Below, piece by piece: positions 38,342 to 48,403 of a stretch of 64,000 nt of DNA (the first letter of the stretch is position 1; each line of letters begins with the position of its first letter). This stretch comes from an uncultured Maribacter sp. (GTDB lineage Bacteria; Bacteroidota; Bacteroidia; Flavobacteriales; Flavobacteriaceae), in assembly GCA_964614665.1 (NCBI GenBank), contig CAZTLZ010000001.1, forward strand, positions 563-64,562. Direction: 5' to 3'. The notes beneath the pieces are model-generated. The model was not told the DNA's origin, searched no databases, and was given only the letters and a program-made list of their open reading frames with translations. A program made the position numbers and the translations under genes.

Positions 38342-39261
38342 AGGAAGTCTTAGTAATTTATTACACCCAAAGTGGTCAAATGTTCGATATTCTCGAAAAC
38401 ATAACATCCACCCTTGGAGAAAGTAAAATTAACATTTCGTACCATAGAATAACCCTTGAAGAGCCCTTTCCTTTTCCTTGGACAAAGGATAGGTTTTATG
38501 ATTCTTTTCCTGAATCTTTTCTTCAAATTCCTTCTGAAATAAATCCCCCAAAACCAGAAATTCTTAATAAGAAATATGATTTGATCCTATTGGGGTATCA
38601 AGTTTGGTTTCTCACGCCATCACCAGCAATTAATTCTTTTCTAAAATCAGAAGTGGCCAAAAAACTCCTAGAGGACACGCCGGTAGTTACCATCGTTGCT
38701 TGTCGCAATATGTGGATTCAGGCACAAGAAAAGGTAAAACGTCTATTGTTAGAAAATAAGGCCAAATTAGTAGGGCATATTGCCTTGGTAGATCGTCATA
38801 TCAATCATATTAGTGTTATTACCATTGAGCATTGGATGTTTTCCGGAAAAAAAGACCGTATGTGGGGTATTTTTCCTAAACCGGGAGTTTCTGAAAATGA
38901 AATATCCAATGCCTCTAAATTCGGAAAACCAATTGGAGAAGCCCTGAGGGCCAATAATTTTACAAATTTACAGCGTGATTTATTATCCTTGGAAGCAGTT
39001 AAGATAAACCCTTATTTGATTAAGACGGACGAAAGAGGTAACATTGTCTTTTCTAAGTGGGCAAATCTCCTTATCGAGAAAGGAGGACCGGGTCATCCTT
39101 CTCGTTTGAAATGGATCGCATTGTTCAAATTTTATTTGAAATTTGCAATATGGGTCATAGCACCGATAGTTTTTATTGTATTTTTGCTGACTTATTTGCC
39201 AACCACACATAAAAGAAAGAAGGATAAGGAATATTATTCCGGTGTGCTTCTAAAGGAGTAG
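38338..39261 (+). CDS. darA: Dialkylresorcinol-condensing enzyme DarA
   Basis: YYTQSGQ, PFPFPW, LGYQVWFLTPS, CRNMW; adjacent to DarB. Confidence 0.88.
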   Translation: MKEVLVIYYTQSGQMFDILENITSTLGESKINISYHRITLEEPFPFPWTKDRFYDSFPESFLQIPSEINPPKPEILNKKYDLILLGYQVWFLTPSPAINSFLKSEVAKKLLEDTPVVTIVACRNMWIQAQEKVKRLLLENKAKLVGHIALVDRHINHISVITIEHWMFSGKKDRMWGIFPKPGVSENEISNASKFGKPIGEALRANNFTNLQRDLLSLEAVKINPYLIKTDERGNIVFSKWANLLIEKGGPGHPSRLKWIALFKFYLKFAIWVIAPIVFIVFLLTYLPTTHKRKKDKEYYSGVLLKE

Positions 39262-39263
39262 TA

Positions 39264-40397
39264 ATGAAGGACGTATATATTACGAGAATATCAAAGTTCA
39301 TGCCCAATGAGCCCGTCGACAACGAGCAAATGGAAGAGAAGCTAGGTATCATCAATGGGCAGGTCTCGAAAGCAAGAAGAATTGTTCTACGAAATAATAA
39401 GATAAAGCAAAGGTACTATGCTATTGACAACAATGGTAATGTAACCCACAATAATGCTCAACTCACGGCCGAGGCTATCTTACAATTATGCGATTCTGAA
39501 TTTACCAAAGACGATATTGAACTACTATCTTGTGGCACTTCAAGCCCAGATCAAATTTTACCTTCCCACGCGGCCATGGTACATGGGTTTTTGAAAAACA
39601 GAAACATAGAGATCAATTCACCTTCCGGAGCCTGTTGCTCAGGAATGAGTGCTTTGAAATATGGATTTCTTTCTGTCAAGACAGGTCAAGTTAATAATGC
39701 TGCCTGTGCCGGCTCAGAAAGAACATCCTCATGGATGAAGGCTGACGTATTTGCAAATGAAGTGGATCACTTGAAAGAATTGGAAGAGAGTCCGATTCTA
39801 GCATTCAATAAAGAATTTTTACGTTGGATGCTTTCCGATGGAGCTGGAGCTGTTTTATTGGAAAGCGAGCCCAAAGGTGATGTGCCGCTAAAAATCGAGT
39901 GGATGGATGGCTATTCTTATGCCAATGAAATGGAAACCTGCATGTATGCCGGCGCTGACAAAGAAGTTGATGGCCACTTAGCTCCCTGGAGTGAATTCCC
40001 AGCGGAGGAGTGGGGCAAGAAATCTTTGTTTGCCATGAAACAAGATACTAGACTATTAGGTGAAAATATTTTGATCAAAGGAGTCAGCAGTTTAAAACAA
40101 ACGTATGAAAAGCACGGTATTGGCCCTGACGATGTAGATTACTATTTACCTCACATTTCATCATACTATTTCAAACAAGGACTCTACGATGAAATGAAAG
40201 AACAAGGTGTTGAGATGCCTTGGGATAAATGGTTTTTAAATCTGGAGCATATCGGAAATATAGGTGCTGCTTCCATTTATGTAATGCTGGAAGAACTGAT
40301 TGCATCTGGTCGGTTAAAAAAGGGTGATAAAATCTTGTTGCACGTTCCAGAAAGTGCACGCTTTTCTTACATGTACACCTACCTAACCGTATGCTAA
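39264..40397 (+). CDS. darB: DarB/StlD-type ketosynthase (FabH-like)
   Basis: GACCSG, WMLSDGAGA, LPHISS and GNIGAAS Cys-His-Asn triad; follows darA. Confidence 0.88.
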   Translation: MKDVYITRISKFMPNEPVDNEQMEEKLGIINGQVSKARRIVLRNNKIKQRYYAIDNNGNVTHNNAQLTAEAILQLCDSEFTKDDIELLSCGTSSPDQILPSHAAMVHGFLKNRNIEINSPSGACCSGMSALKYGFLSVKTGQVNNAACAGSERTSSWMKADVFANEVDHLKELEESPILAFNKEFLRWMLSDGAGAVLLESEPKGDVPLKIEWMDGYSYANEMETCMYAGADKEVDGHLAPWSEFPAEEWGKKSLFAMKQDTRLLGENILIKGVSSLKQTYEKHGIGPDDVDYYLPHISSYYFKQGLYDEMKEQGVEMPWDKWFLNLEHIGNIGAASIYVMLEELIASGRLKKGDKILLHVPESARFSYMYTYLTVC

Positions 40398-40835
40398 ATG
40401 AACTTATTGGAAAGTGAGATTGCCGACGAAAGTTTTTTATTAGGATTGATTCCTCAAAGAAAACCTTTTGTCATGGTAGACAAGCTACTTCACTATTCCG
40501 AAAAAAAGCTCGTATCGGGTTTTAAAATTCCCAAGAACAATATATTGACCACTGAAAATCACTTTTCAGCACCAGGCCTTATTGAAAATATGGCCCAGAC
40601 CATTGCCTTACACACAGGGTATAAATTCTATCTCGCACAAAAACCAGCTCCCACAGGATACATTGGTGTGATTAAAACCGCAGAGGTTTTCGAGATTCCA
40701 GAAATTTCCCATGAATTGAAGACTACGGTTCAGATATTACATGACATTATGGGTGTAACCCTAGTAGAAGCCCAAGTAGAATGCAAGGGAAAGGTGGTGG
40801 CACGTAGTGAAATGAAAACAGTATTGGCAAAATAA
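40398..40835 (+). CDS. Hotdog-fold 3-hydroxyacyl-ACP dehydratase-like protein (ApeP-like)
   Basis: IPQRKPFVMVD, GLIENMAQ. Confidence 0.75.
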   Translation: MNLLESEIADESFLLGLIPQRKPFVMVDKLLHYSEKKLVSGFKIPKNNILTTENHFSAPGLIENMAQTIALHTGYKFYLAQKPAPTGYIGVIKTAEVFEIPEISHELKTTVQILHDIMGVTLVEAQVECKGKVVARSEMKTVLAK

Positions 40836-41299
40836 TGCGGAAGCCTCGTTACAATATCGAAATCGAGAATTTTCTTCCCCACAGGTCACCTATGTTAATG
40901 AAGTGCATAACCCCATTTTTAGGGGGTAAATCTGTTGAAACCCATTTCAAGGTTACTGAAGACAACATCTTTACCAATTCAAAGGGAGAATTTACTGAAG
41001 GTGGGTTAATTGAACTTGCCGCTCAAACATGCTCCACTATTACAGGGCAAGACTTTTTTGATGATGATGATTTGAAAGGCGCCGGCAACAAAGTAGTCGG
41101 GTATATCAGTGCCATCAAAAAGGCCGAGCTCTTTCTTTTGCCAAAATTAGGTGACAAATTAATTACAAAAGCAACATTGGTATCAAGATACGACACTGAT
41201 GAAATGAGTATGTGCACGATAACCTCTACCACTTTTAGAAATGACGATTTAGTTGTAGATTGTACCTTTAACTTCTTAATTCATGAAGTACCACTATGA
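40835..41299 (+). CDS. Hotdog-fold 3-hydroxyacyl-ACP dehydratase-like protein (ApeP-like)
   Basis: LPHRSPMLM, GLIELAAQ, GYISAIK. Confidence 0.7.
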   Translation: MRKPRYNIEIENFLPHRSPMLMKCITPFLGGKSVETHFKVTEDNIFTNSKGEFTEGGLIELAAQTCSTITGQDFFDDDDLKGAGNKVVGYISAIKKAELFLLPKLGDKLITKATLVSRYDTDEMSMCTITSTTFRNDDLVVDCTFNFLIHEVPL

Positions 41300-41697
41300 A
41301 AAAAAGTGAGGTACCCCAAGACGAGAGCAAACTAGAGACCGCTAATATCAAGGATATGGTTTATGCAGTGGATGAGAATGGGGAATATGTTACCGAATTG
41401 AGTACCGGTTGGAACCCTAAAACCATTGCACTCGACAATGCCATCAAACAAATTGAAGAGCGCGTTGCTGTAGCGAAAGAAAAGGTTTTGAAAGAGGAAA
41501 GCAGCCCCTTGGAATACTATATGGAATTGAACAAAATGGATTTGCCTATTTTGGCAAGCTATGTAGGTATATGGAAGTGGCGCGTAAAAAGACACTTCAA
41601 GCCTTCTGTTTTCAAAAAACTTCCCCAAAAAACATTAGAGAAATATGCCGAGGTTTTTGACATATCAGTTGAAGACTTGCAAAATATCAAAGCATAG
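41296..41697 (+). CDS. Hypothetical protein with XRE/Cro-HTH-like C-terminus
   Basis: MDLPILASYVGIWKWRVKRH..LEKYAEVFDISVEDL; ATGA-coupled within the operon. Confidence 0.7.
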   Translation: MKKSEVPQDESKLETANIKDMVYAVDENGEYVTELSTGWNPKTIALDNAIKQIEERVAVAKEKVLKEESSPLEYYMELNKMDLPILASYVGIWKWRVKRHFKPSVFKKLPQKTLEKYAEVFDISVEDLQNIKA

Positions 41698-41700
41698 AAC

Positions 41701-42696
41701 ATGGAGATAGACTTTTCACACAAACAATCTGCCCATTGTGAAAATGGTGTGGTTTCCAACTTGATGAAGCACAACGGATTTGAAATAAGTGAGCCCATGG
41801 TTTTTGGCATAGGCTCAGGCTTATTGTTTAGCTATCTGCCATTCATAAAGGTTGACCATGCTCCAGTTTTTACCTATCGGGTCATACCAGGTTTAATATT
41901 CAATCGTTTTGCAAAAAGAGTAGGAGTCAAAGTAAAAAGGGAAAAGTTCAAGAACCCGAAAGTCGCCAAAGCAAGGTTGGATGAAAACTTAAAAAACAAC
42001 AACCCTGTTGGCCTTCAGGTTGGGGTTTATAATCTCATCTATTTTCCTGATGAGTACCGCTTTCATTTTAATGCCCATAATATGGTGGTTTACGGTAAGA
42101 AAGATGGGGACTACCTTATCAGCGACCCCGTAATGGAAAACGTGACCACCCTCACGGAAAATCAACTGGAGAAAGTTCGTTTCGCAAAAGGTGCATTTGC
42201 GCCAAAAGGGCACATTTATTACCCTACCCTATTTCCAGAAAAATTAGAGCTTGAAAAAGCCATTGTAAAGGGCATCAAGCAAACCTGTCGTGATATGACC
42301 GCCCCCGTACCTGTGGTAGGTGTAAAGGCAATGAAGTGGGTTGCAAAGAACATTCGAAAATGGCCTAAATCGATCGGACCGAAAAGAACGAATCATTATT
42401 TGGGGCAAATAGTAAGAATGCAAGAAGAAATCGGCACAGGTGGTGGAGGCTTCCGTTATATCTACGCGGCATTTCTACAAGAAGCAGGAAAGTTATTGAG
42501 CAATGATAAGCTCTTGACCCTTTCAAAAGAAATGACGGAAATTGGTGACCAATGGCGCGATTTCGCTGTAGACGCTTCCAGAATATATAAAAACAGGAGC
42601 GCGGAAAGCGATGGATATAATCTTATTGCCGACCAATTGGATGCAATTGCAAAAAGAGAAGAAGTCTTTTTCAAGACTTTGAAGAAGGCAGTTTAA
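41701..42696 (+). CDS. BtrH N-terminal / DUF4872 domain protein
   Basis: AHCENG (Cys), FGIGSGL, FNAHNMVV (His), EEIGTGGGGFR..YAAFL.EA. Confidence 0.8.
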   Translation: MEIDFSHKQSAHCENGVVSNLMKHNGFEISEPMVFGIGSGLLFSYLPFIKVDHAPVFTYRVIPGLIFNRFAKRVGVKVKREKFKNPKVAKARLDENLKNNNPVGLQVGVYNLIYFPDEYRFHFNAHNMVVYGKKDGDYLISDPVMENVTTLTENQLEKVRFAKGAFAPKGHIYYPTLFPEKLELEKAIVKGIKQTCRDMTAPVPVVGVKAMKWVAKNIRKWPKSIGPKRTNHYLGQIVRMQEEIGTGGGGFRYIYAAFLQEAGKLLSNDKLLTLSKEMTEIGDQWRDFAVDASRIYKNRSAESDGYNLIADQLDAIAKREEVFFKTLKKAV

Positions 42697-42736
42697 ATTG
42701 TCAAAAAAGTCACCCTTCCGGGGATTTAGCAAGCCT

Positions 42737-43480
42737 ATGATTCAAATCAACCAACTTGCAAAAAAGTACAAGGATGCTGAAAATTTTTCGGTATCCAACT
42801 TGGATTTGAGCATTAACGAAGGTGAAATCTTCGGATTGTTAGGGCCGAATGGTGCGGGCAAAACAACATTGATTTCAATGTTAAGTTCACTCATAAAACC
42901 GACCTCGGGAAATTTCGAAATTAACGGTTTGAATTACAAAGACCATGAAAAAGAATTAAAGCAACTCATAGGAACCGTACCTCAAGAATATGCTCTTTAC
43001 CCCTCTTTATCAGCAGTTGAAAATTTAATATACTTCGGAAGTATGTATGGCCTTGATAAATCAGATTTGAAAAATGATATTCAAGATCATTTGGAAACAC
43101 TTGGACTTACAGAATTCGCGAATAAGAAAATAAAAACCTTTTCAGGAGGAATGAAAAGGCGCATTAACCTAATTGCGGGAATACTTCACGGCCCCAAAGT
43201 TTTGTTTTTGGACGAACCCACTGTGGGTGTTGACGTACAATCGAGAAACGTAATTATTACTCATTTGAAGCAATTGAATCAGCAGGGCACAACTATCATC
43301 TATACCTCTCATCATCTAAATGAGGCTGAAGAATTCTGTCATCGTGTTGCGATAATCGATTACGGTAGTATCGTTTGTCAAGGTGAACCAAAAGCACTTA
43401 TTGACCAGCAAAAGGAAGCGCGCCACTTGGAAGATGTCTTTTTGGCCAAAACCGGTAAAGCCCTTCGTGATCATGCGTAA
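42737..43480 (+). CDS. ABC transporter ATP-binding protein
   Basis: GPNGAGKT, FSGGMKRR, LFLDEPT, YTSHH. Confidence 0.93.
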   Translation: MIQINQLAKKYKDAENFSVSNLDLSINEGEIFGLLGPNGAGKTTLISMLSSLIKPTSGNFEINGLNYKDHEKELKQLIGTVPQEYALYPSLSAVENLIYFGSMYGLDKSDLKNDIQDHLETLGLTEFANKKIKTFSGGMKRRINLIAGILHGPKVLFLDEPTVGVDVQSRNVIITHLKQLNQQGTTIIYTSHHLNEAEEFCHRVAIIDYGSIVCQGEPKALIDQQKEARHLEDVFLAKTGKALRDHA

Positions 43481-44741
43481 ACTATTGGCTAGTGCACATA
43501 AAGAATTCTTGCTCCTGACCCGCGATATTGGGGGGCTGGCCGTTTTGTTCTTGATGCCCCTACTTCTAGTTATTACTATCACACTTATTCAAGACAACAC
43601 CTTCAAAACCATAAAACAGAATAAGATTCCCATTATTTTGGTTGATAATGACAAAGGAGAGGTATCCCAGAGCATTTTGGATAATCTAAGGTCTTCAGAT
43701 ATGTTTGAACTATCAGAACATTCAAACCAAGAGCTTGTTCAAGAATTGATACAAAATGGCAAATACCAATTGGCTATTGTCATACCTGAAAATCTATCTA
43801 AGGATTTAAACAAAAAAGTATCTGAAAATGTAAATGGAATTTTGGCTCAATTCGGTGCTATTGAAGATTCGATTCCTAGAAAAAAGAGTAGACTGGCAAC
43901 CAAAGAAGTGAAATTATATTTTGACCCAGCCACACAGTTTTCTTTTCGAAATTCAATCAAAAGCGGTATTGACCAGATGGTTTCAAAAATCGAAACACAA
44001 ACAATCTACAAGGCATTTCAGCAGGAAATAACGGACGACCCTGACGAAAAAATTTTCGATACAGAAAGCTTTATTAGCTTTAAGGAAATCATTCCGAATG
44101 CCGGTGAAGATGCATTGATTCCAAACTCTACACAGCATAATATTCCCGCTTGGACTCTTTTTGCCATCTTTTTTATCATTCTTCCACTTTCAATAAATAT
44201 GGTGAATGAGAAAAACCAAGGCACTTTTGTGCGCTTAAGAACACATCCGGTTTCATATGCAACAGTATTAGGTGGTAAGGCACTGATATTTCTGGTAGTT
44301 GCTTTGATTCAATTTGCATTGATGTTATTGGTCGGCATCTATTTGTTCCCTTTCCTGGGATTACCAACATTGGATGTTTCCGGTAGGTTACCCCTATTAT
44401 TTCTAGTTGCTTTATTCGCCGGTCTCGCGGCTGTAGGTTTAGGATTGCTTATTGGTACTATCGCTAAAAGTCAAGAACAATCCGCTCCTTTCGGTGCTAC
44501 CTTTGTTGTTATTCTCGCCGCTATCGGCGGGGTCTGGGTTCCAGTTTTCGCAATGCCAAAATTTATGCAGGCATTATCGAATTTATCGCCTATGAATTGG
44601 GGGCTAAACGCCTTTTATGATGTTTTTCTAAGAAATGTTGGTTTGAGTGAACTACTACCTGAAATTACATTATTACTTTTGTTTTTTGTTGCAACCGTAG
44701 TAGTATCGATAGTCTACTACAATAGAAAAAATGCGGTATAG
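43473..44741 (+). CDS. ABC-2 type transporter permease
   Basis: N-terminal TM, large periplasmic domain, E...GT..RL, five C-terminal TM helices, SPMNWG. Confidence 0.9.
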   Translation: MRKLLASAHKEFLLLTRDIGGLAVLFLMPLLLVITITLIQDNTFKTIKQNKIPIILVDNDKGEVSQSILDNLRSSDMFELSEHSNQELVQELIQNGKYQLAIVIPENLSKDLNKKVSENVNGILAQFGAIEDSIPRKKSRLATKEVKLYFDPATQFSFRNSIKSGIDQMVSKIETQTIYKAFQQEITDDPDEKIFDTESFISFKEIIPNAGEDALIPNSTQHNIPAWTLFAIFFIILPLSINMVNEKNQGTFVRLRTHPVSYATVLGGKALIFLVVALIQFALMLLVGIYLFPFLGLPTLDVSGRLPLLFLVALFAGLAAVGLGLLIGTIAKSQEQSAPFGATFVVILAAIGGVWVPVFAMPKFMQALSNLSPMNWGLNAFYDVFLRNVGLSELLPEITLLLLFFVATVVVSIVYYNRKNAV

Positions 44742-45167
44742 ATGAAGAAGGAAATAAGTTTTACCAGTGACGTTCGTGTTCGCTTTACGGAATGTGATCC
44801 GCTGGGTATTGTATGGCACGGTAATTATATTCAGTACTTCGAAGATGGTAGGGAGGCCTTTGGGCGTCACCATGGCATATCATACCTTGACCAGAAAAAA
44901 TATAATTTCAGCACCCCTATCGTTAAGTCAACCTGTGAGCATAAATTGCCTTTACACTATGGTGATGTTGCCAAAATCAAAACGACCTATGTCAATTCAG
45001 CCGCAGCGAAAATGGTGTTCAAATATGAGATTTTGAATCCTGAAGGTAATGTAGTCTGTACAGGAGAAACAGTGCAGGTGTTTGTTGAATTGCTAGGGGA
45101 ACTTTCCTTGGAAATGCCCAAGTTTTTCAAAGAATGGAAAATAAAAGTCGGCCTGTTGAATGAATAA
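44742..45167 (+). CDS. Acyl-CoA thioesterase (4HBT/YbgC family)
   Basis: VRFTECDPLGIVWHGNYIQYFEDGR. Confidence 0.9.
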   Translation: MKKEISFTSDVRVRFTECDPLGIVWHGNYIQYFEDGREAFGRHHGISYLDQKKYNFSTPIVKSTCEHKLPLHYGDVAKIKTTYVNSAAAKMVFKYEILNPEGNVVCTGETVQVFVELLGELSLEMPKFFKEWKIKVGLLNE

Positions 45168-46308
45168 GGTATACCTCTCTCATAACAATATCGTTTCTAC
45201 TTTTGGTTTTGACAGCAAATCTGCCATTACTCAAATTGCCGATGAGGTTTCTGGGCTTAGTTTAACGGTCGACAAAACAATTTTGCCACAGCCCTTTTTT
45301 TCTTCACGAATTGATAAAAAAATCCTTGAAAAAAAATATTCCAAGCTAAATTCCGAAGAAAAACATACTCAACTTGAACAAATGTTATTGGTCTCTTTAA
45401 GTGACGTTATTTCGAAATCGAATCTTGAATTAACGCCTACAGTTGGCCTTGTTGTTTCGACCACTAAGGGGAACATTGATGTTTTGGATAAAAACAATTC
45501 CTTTTCCAAAGAAAGAGCCTATTTGAATATTCTAGGAGAAAAAATCAAAAACTTCTTTGGTTTTAAAAATGAGGCCATCGTGCTTTCAAATGCATGTGTT
45601 TCAGGAATTCTCGCTATTGCCGTTGCAAAAAGATACATCATTCAAGGACGGTATGACCATGTTTTTGTAGTTGGTGGTGACTTGGTCACGCAGTTCATAC
45701 TTTCTGGATTCAATGCATTTCAAGCCCTGAGTGATGAACCATGCAGACCATATTGTAAGACCCGATCAGGAATCAATATAGGCGAGGTAGCCGCAAGCCT
45801 TTTGGTGACAAAAGAGAAAACCGCACTTGTTGACGAATCTGTTGTGGTACTGGGTGAAGCTTCCTGCAATGATGCCAATCACATATCTGGCCCTTCAAGA
45901 ACCGGTGAAGGGTTATACAGAAGTATTGCATCTGTAATGAAGCAAGCAAGATTAGATACTAACGACATAGACTATATCTCAGCGCACGGTACAGCAACGC
46001 AATTCAATGATGAAATGGAAGCCATTGCCTTCAATCGCATTGGACTCAAAGAAACTCCCTTGAACAGTTTAAAAGGGTATTTCGGTCACACTTTAGGCGC
46101 TTCAGGTCTATTAGAAACTATTGTTGGCATGCACTCGTTAAATCAGAATACTTTATTTACCTCGAAAGGATATCAGACCCTTGGCGTGTCTCAACCACTG
46201 AACATTATTGAACGTACGACTAAAAAACAAATCAAAACCTTTTTGAAAACCGCCTCTGGATTCGGTGGATGTAATACAGCGGCCATTTTTCAAAAAGTTT
46301 CGCTTTAA
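45160..46308 (+). CDS. Beta-ketoacyl synthase family protein
   Basis: SNACVSG, HGTAT, GHTLGASG, SGFGG; catalytic triad intact. Confidence 0.88.
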   Translation: MNKVYLSHNNIVSTFGFDSKSAITQIADEVSGLSLTVDKTILPQPFFSSRIDKKILEKKYSKLNSEEKHTQLEQMLLVSLSDVISKSNLELTPTVGLVVSTTKGNIDVLDKNNSFSKERAYLNILGEKIKNFFGFKNEAIVLSNACVSGILAIAVAKRYIIQGRYDHVFVVGGDLVTQFILSGFNAFQALSDEPCRPYCKTRSGINIGEVAASLLVTKEKTALVDESVVVLGEASCNDANHISGPSRTGEGLYRSIASVMKQARLDTNDIDYISAHGTATQFNDEMEAIAFNRIGLKETPLNSLKGYFGHTLGASGLLETIVGMHSLNQNTLFTSKGYQTLGVSQPLNIIERTTKKQIKTFLKTASGFGGCNTAAIFQKVSL

Positions 46309-46375
46309 GTCCAAATAAAGTCCCATACTTCTTAAATTCGCAGACTGAAATTTATCGATAAATAAGGAATTGCCG

Positions 46376-47437
46376 ATGTCGAAAAAAACAATGAAAGCTT
46401 TTGACGCATTACAAGAAGCGCAAAAAATAGCCTTTGCTCCTTTTGTCTTCCAAGCTACGGCATCACTTAGAAAACTAGGTATTCTAGACTACATTTTCGA
46501 TAATAATGCCAATGGAGGGGTAACCATAAGCGAAATTTCGGAGCACTTGAAAATTAGTGTATACGGTTTAAGTGTCTTGTTGGAAATTGCACAATCTTCC
46601 GATATTGTCGATAAAAATGATACAGGAAAATATGAGTTAACTAAAATCGGTTATTTTTTAAATTACAATCAAATGACTTCGGCGAATATCAATTTCACCC
46701 AAGATATTTGTTATAAAGGGCTCTATCATTTGCAAGAGGCCATAGAAACGGAGACCCCTGCTGGATTAAAAGAGTTGGGTGATTGGCCAACTATTTATGA
46801 AGGCCTATCAAAATTAACATCCAAAGAACAAAAATCCTGGTTTACATTTGACCATTACTATTCGGATGAAATTTTCGATGAAGCACTAAAAACGGTTTTC
46901 GAAAACAAACCAAAATTACTTTTCGATATCGGTGGAAACACTGGGAAGTTCGCCATTATGTGCTGTGAGCAAAATGAGGATATCAATGTCAAAATATTCG
47001 ATTTACCCGGCCAATTGAACAAAGCATTGGCACATGCTGAAAAAAATGGTTTTGAAGATAGAATCTCGGGACAAGAAATAGACTGGTTGTCTGAGAATCC
47101 AACAATTCCGAAAGGAGCAGATACCATTTGGATGAGTCAATTTTTAGACTGCTTCTCCAAAACCGAAATTCTCAAAATATTAAGGGTAGCGGCAAATGCG
47201 ATGGACTCTGACACTGAATTGATAATTATAGAGACCTATACCGACCGTCAACAATATGGCAGCGCTAAATTAACTTTGGAGGCCACCTCTTTGTATTTCA
47301 CCGCCTTAGCAAACGGTAATAGCAAAATGTATACCGCCGAAGAATTCAAGCAGTTGGTCAATGAAGCTGGTTTGAATTTGGAGGCTGATAAAAAAGTAGG
47401 TGATTTTCATACGATGTTCGTTTGCAAAAAGAAATAA
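46376..47437 (+). CDS. SAM-dependent methyltransferase (Methyltransf_2 type)
   Basis: N-terminal dimerisation HTH, FDIGGNTG, FDLP, WMSQFLDCF. Confidence 0.88.
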   Translation: MSKKTMKAFDALQEAQKIAFAPFVFQATASLRKLGILDYIFDNNANGGVTISEISEHLKISVYGLSVLLEIAQSSDIVDKNDTGKYELTKIGYFLNYNQMTSANINFTQDICYKGLYHLQEAIETETPAGLKELGDWPTIYEGLSKLTSKEQKSWFTFDHYYSDEIFDEALKTVFENKPKLLFDIGGNTGKFAIMCCEQNEDINVKIFDLPGQLNKALAHAEKNGFEDRISGQEIDWLSENPTIPKGADTIWMSQFLDCFSKTEILKILRVAANAMDSDTELIIIETYTDRQQYGSAKLTLEATSLYFTALANGNSKMYTAEEFKQLVNEAGLNLEADKKVGDFHTMFVCKKK

Positions 47438-47443
47438 TATTCT

Positions 47444-48049
47444 TTGAATAAAACATTTCAAATAGAAAACTATTGCCACATTCGCGATAATCGTATTTCG
47501 TTGAATGGTCAATCCGTTTTTAAAAATGACGAAAAAGATTTCCCCACTTTTATAAAATCTGCCTACAAGGAGTTAAATGTGGGTTATTCAAAGTTCTTCA
47601 AAATGGACAACCTCAGTAAGTTGGCCTTTATCGCCGCTGATATCTTACTGAAAAATGAAAGTGAAAAGAATGTGGCCTTGGTTCTTTCCAACAGGTCATC
47701 GAGCTTAGACACTGATAGGAAGTACCAAGAATCCATTGATGACCCTGCCAATTTTTATCCAAGCCCAGCAGTTTTTGTATATACCCTCCCAAATATTTGT
47801 ATGGGCGAAATCAGTATAAAGCACGAACTGTATTCTGAAAACGCATTTTTTGTTCTGAACAAATTCAATCCGTCGATATTGTTAGACTATGCCAATAGTT
47901 TGTTAGATAGCGAGAAAGCGGAAAAAGTTTTGTGTGGGTGGGTAGATTTCGATAAGGGAAAATTTGACGCATTTTTGTACGTTGTTACTAAGAAAGGTAC
48001 TTTTGTACATACAATAGAAGAACTAACACGATTATACAAGACCACATGA
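47444..48049 (+). CDS. Truncated ketosynthase N-terminal / chain-length-factor-like protein
   Basis: KFFKMDNLSKL, SPAVFVYTLPNI; no catalytic Cys-His-His. Confidence 0.75.
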   Translation: MNKTFQIENYCHIRDNRISLNGQSVFKNDEKDFPTFIKSAYKELNVGYSKFFKMDNLSKLAFIAADILLKNESEKNVALVLSNRSSSLDTDRKYQESIDDPANFYPSPAVFVYTLPNICMGEISIKHELYSENAFFVLNKFNPSILLDYANSLLDSEKAEKVLCGWVDFDKGKFDAFLYVVTKKGTFVHTIEELTRLYKTT

Positions 48050-48303
48050 GCGAGTTGAAAATAGAACTGAAGGAGAAAATCATAGAGCAATTGAATTTAG
48101 AAGATATTGCTGTTGAAGAGATTGCTGATACTGACCCTCTATTTGGTGAGGGCCTTGGGCTTGATTCTATTGATGCTTTAGAACTTATTGTAATGCTCGA
48201 TAAAGATTACGGTATTAAATTGGCCGACCCTAAAGAGGGTAGAAAGATTTTTGAGTCTATCGATACTATGGCCAGTTATATTGCCGAGCATAGAAGTAGA
48301 TAG
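48046..48303 (+). CDS. Acyl carrier protein
   Basis: PLFGEGLGLDSIDALE. Confidence 0.92.
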   Translation: MSELKIELKEKIIEQLNLEDIAVEEIADTDPLFGEGLGLDSIDALELIVMLDKDYGIKLADPKEGRKIFESIDTMASYIAEHRSR

Positions 48304-48364
48304 TAGCCTTACCACGTTTTTCTTTTAACGCCTCACTTTAAAATTTCCCTTTAAAACATATTCG

Positions 48365-48372
48365 TATTTTTG
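48365..48372 (+). promoter_or_regulatory. Possible internal -7 promoter element
   Basis: TATTTTTG (TAnnTTTG) in a 100-nt gap, one of the largest in the operon, 31 nt before the KS start. Confidence 0.45.
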
Positions 48373-48403
48373 AATCGGAAAACAATTCTGTCTGGGATCA
48401 TAG

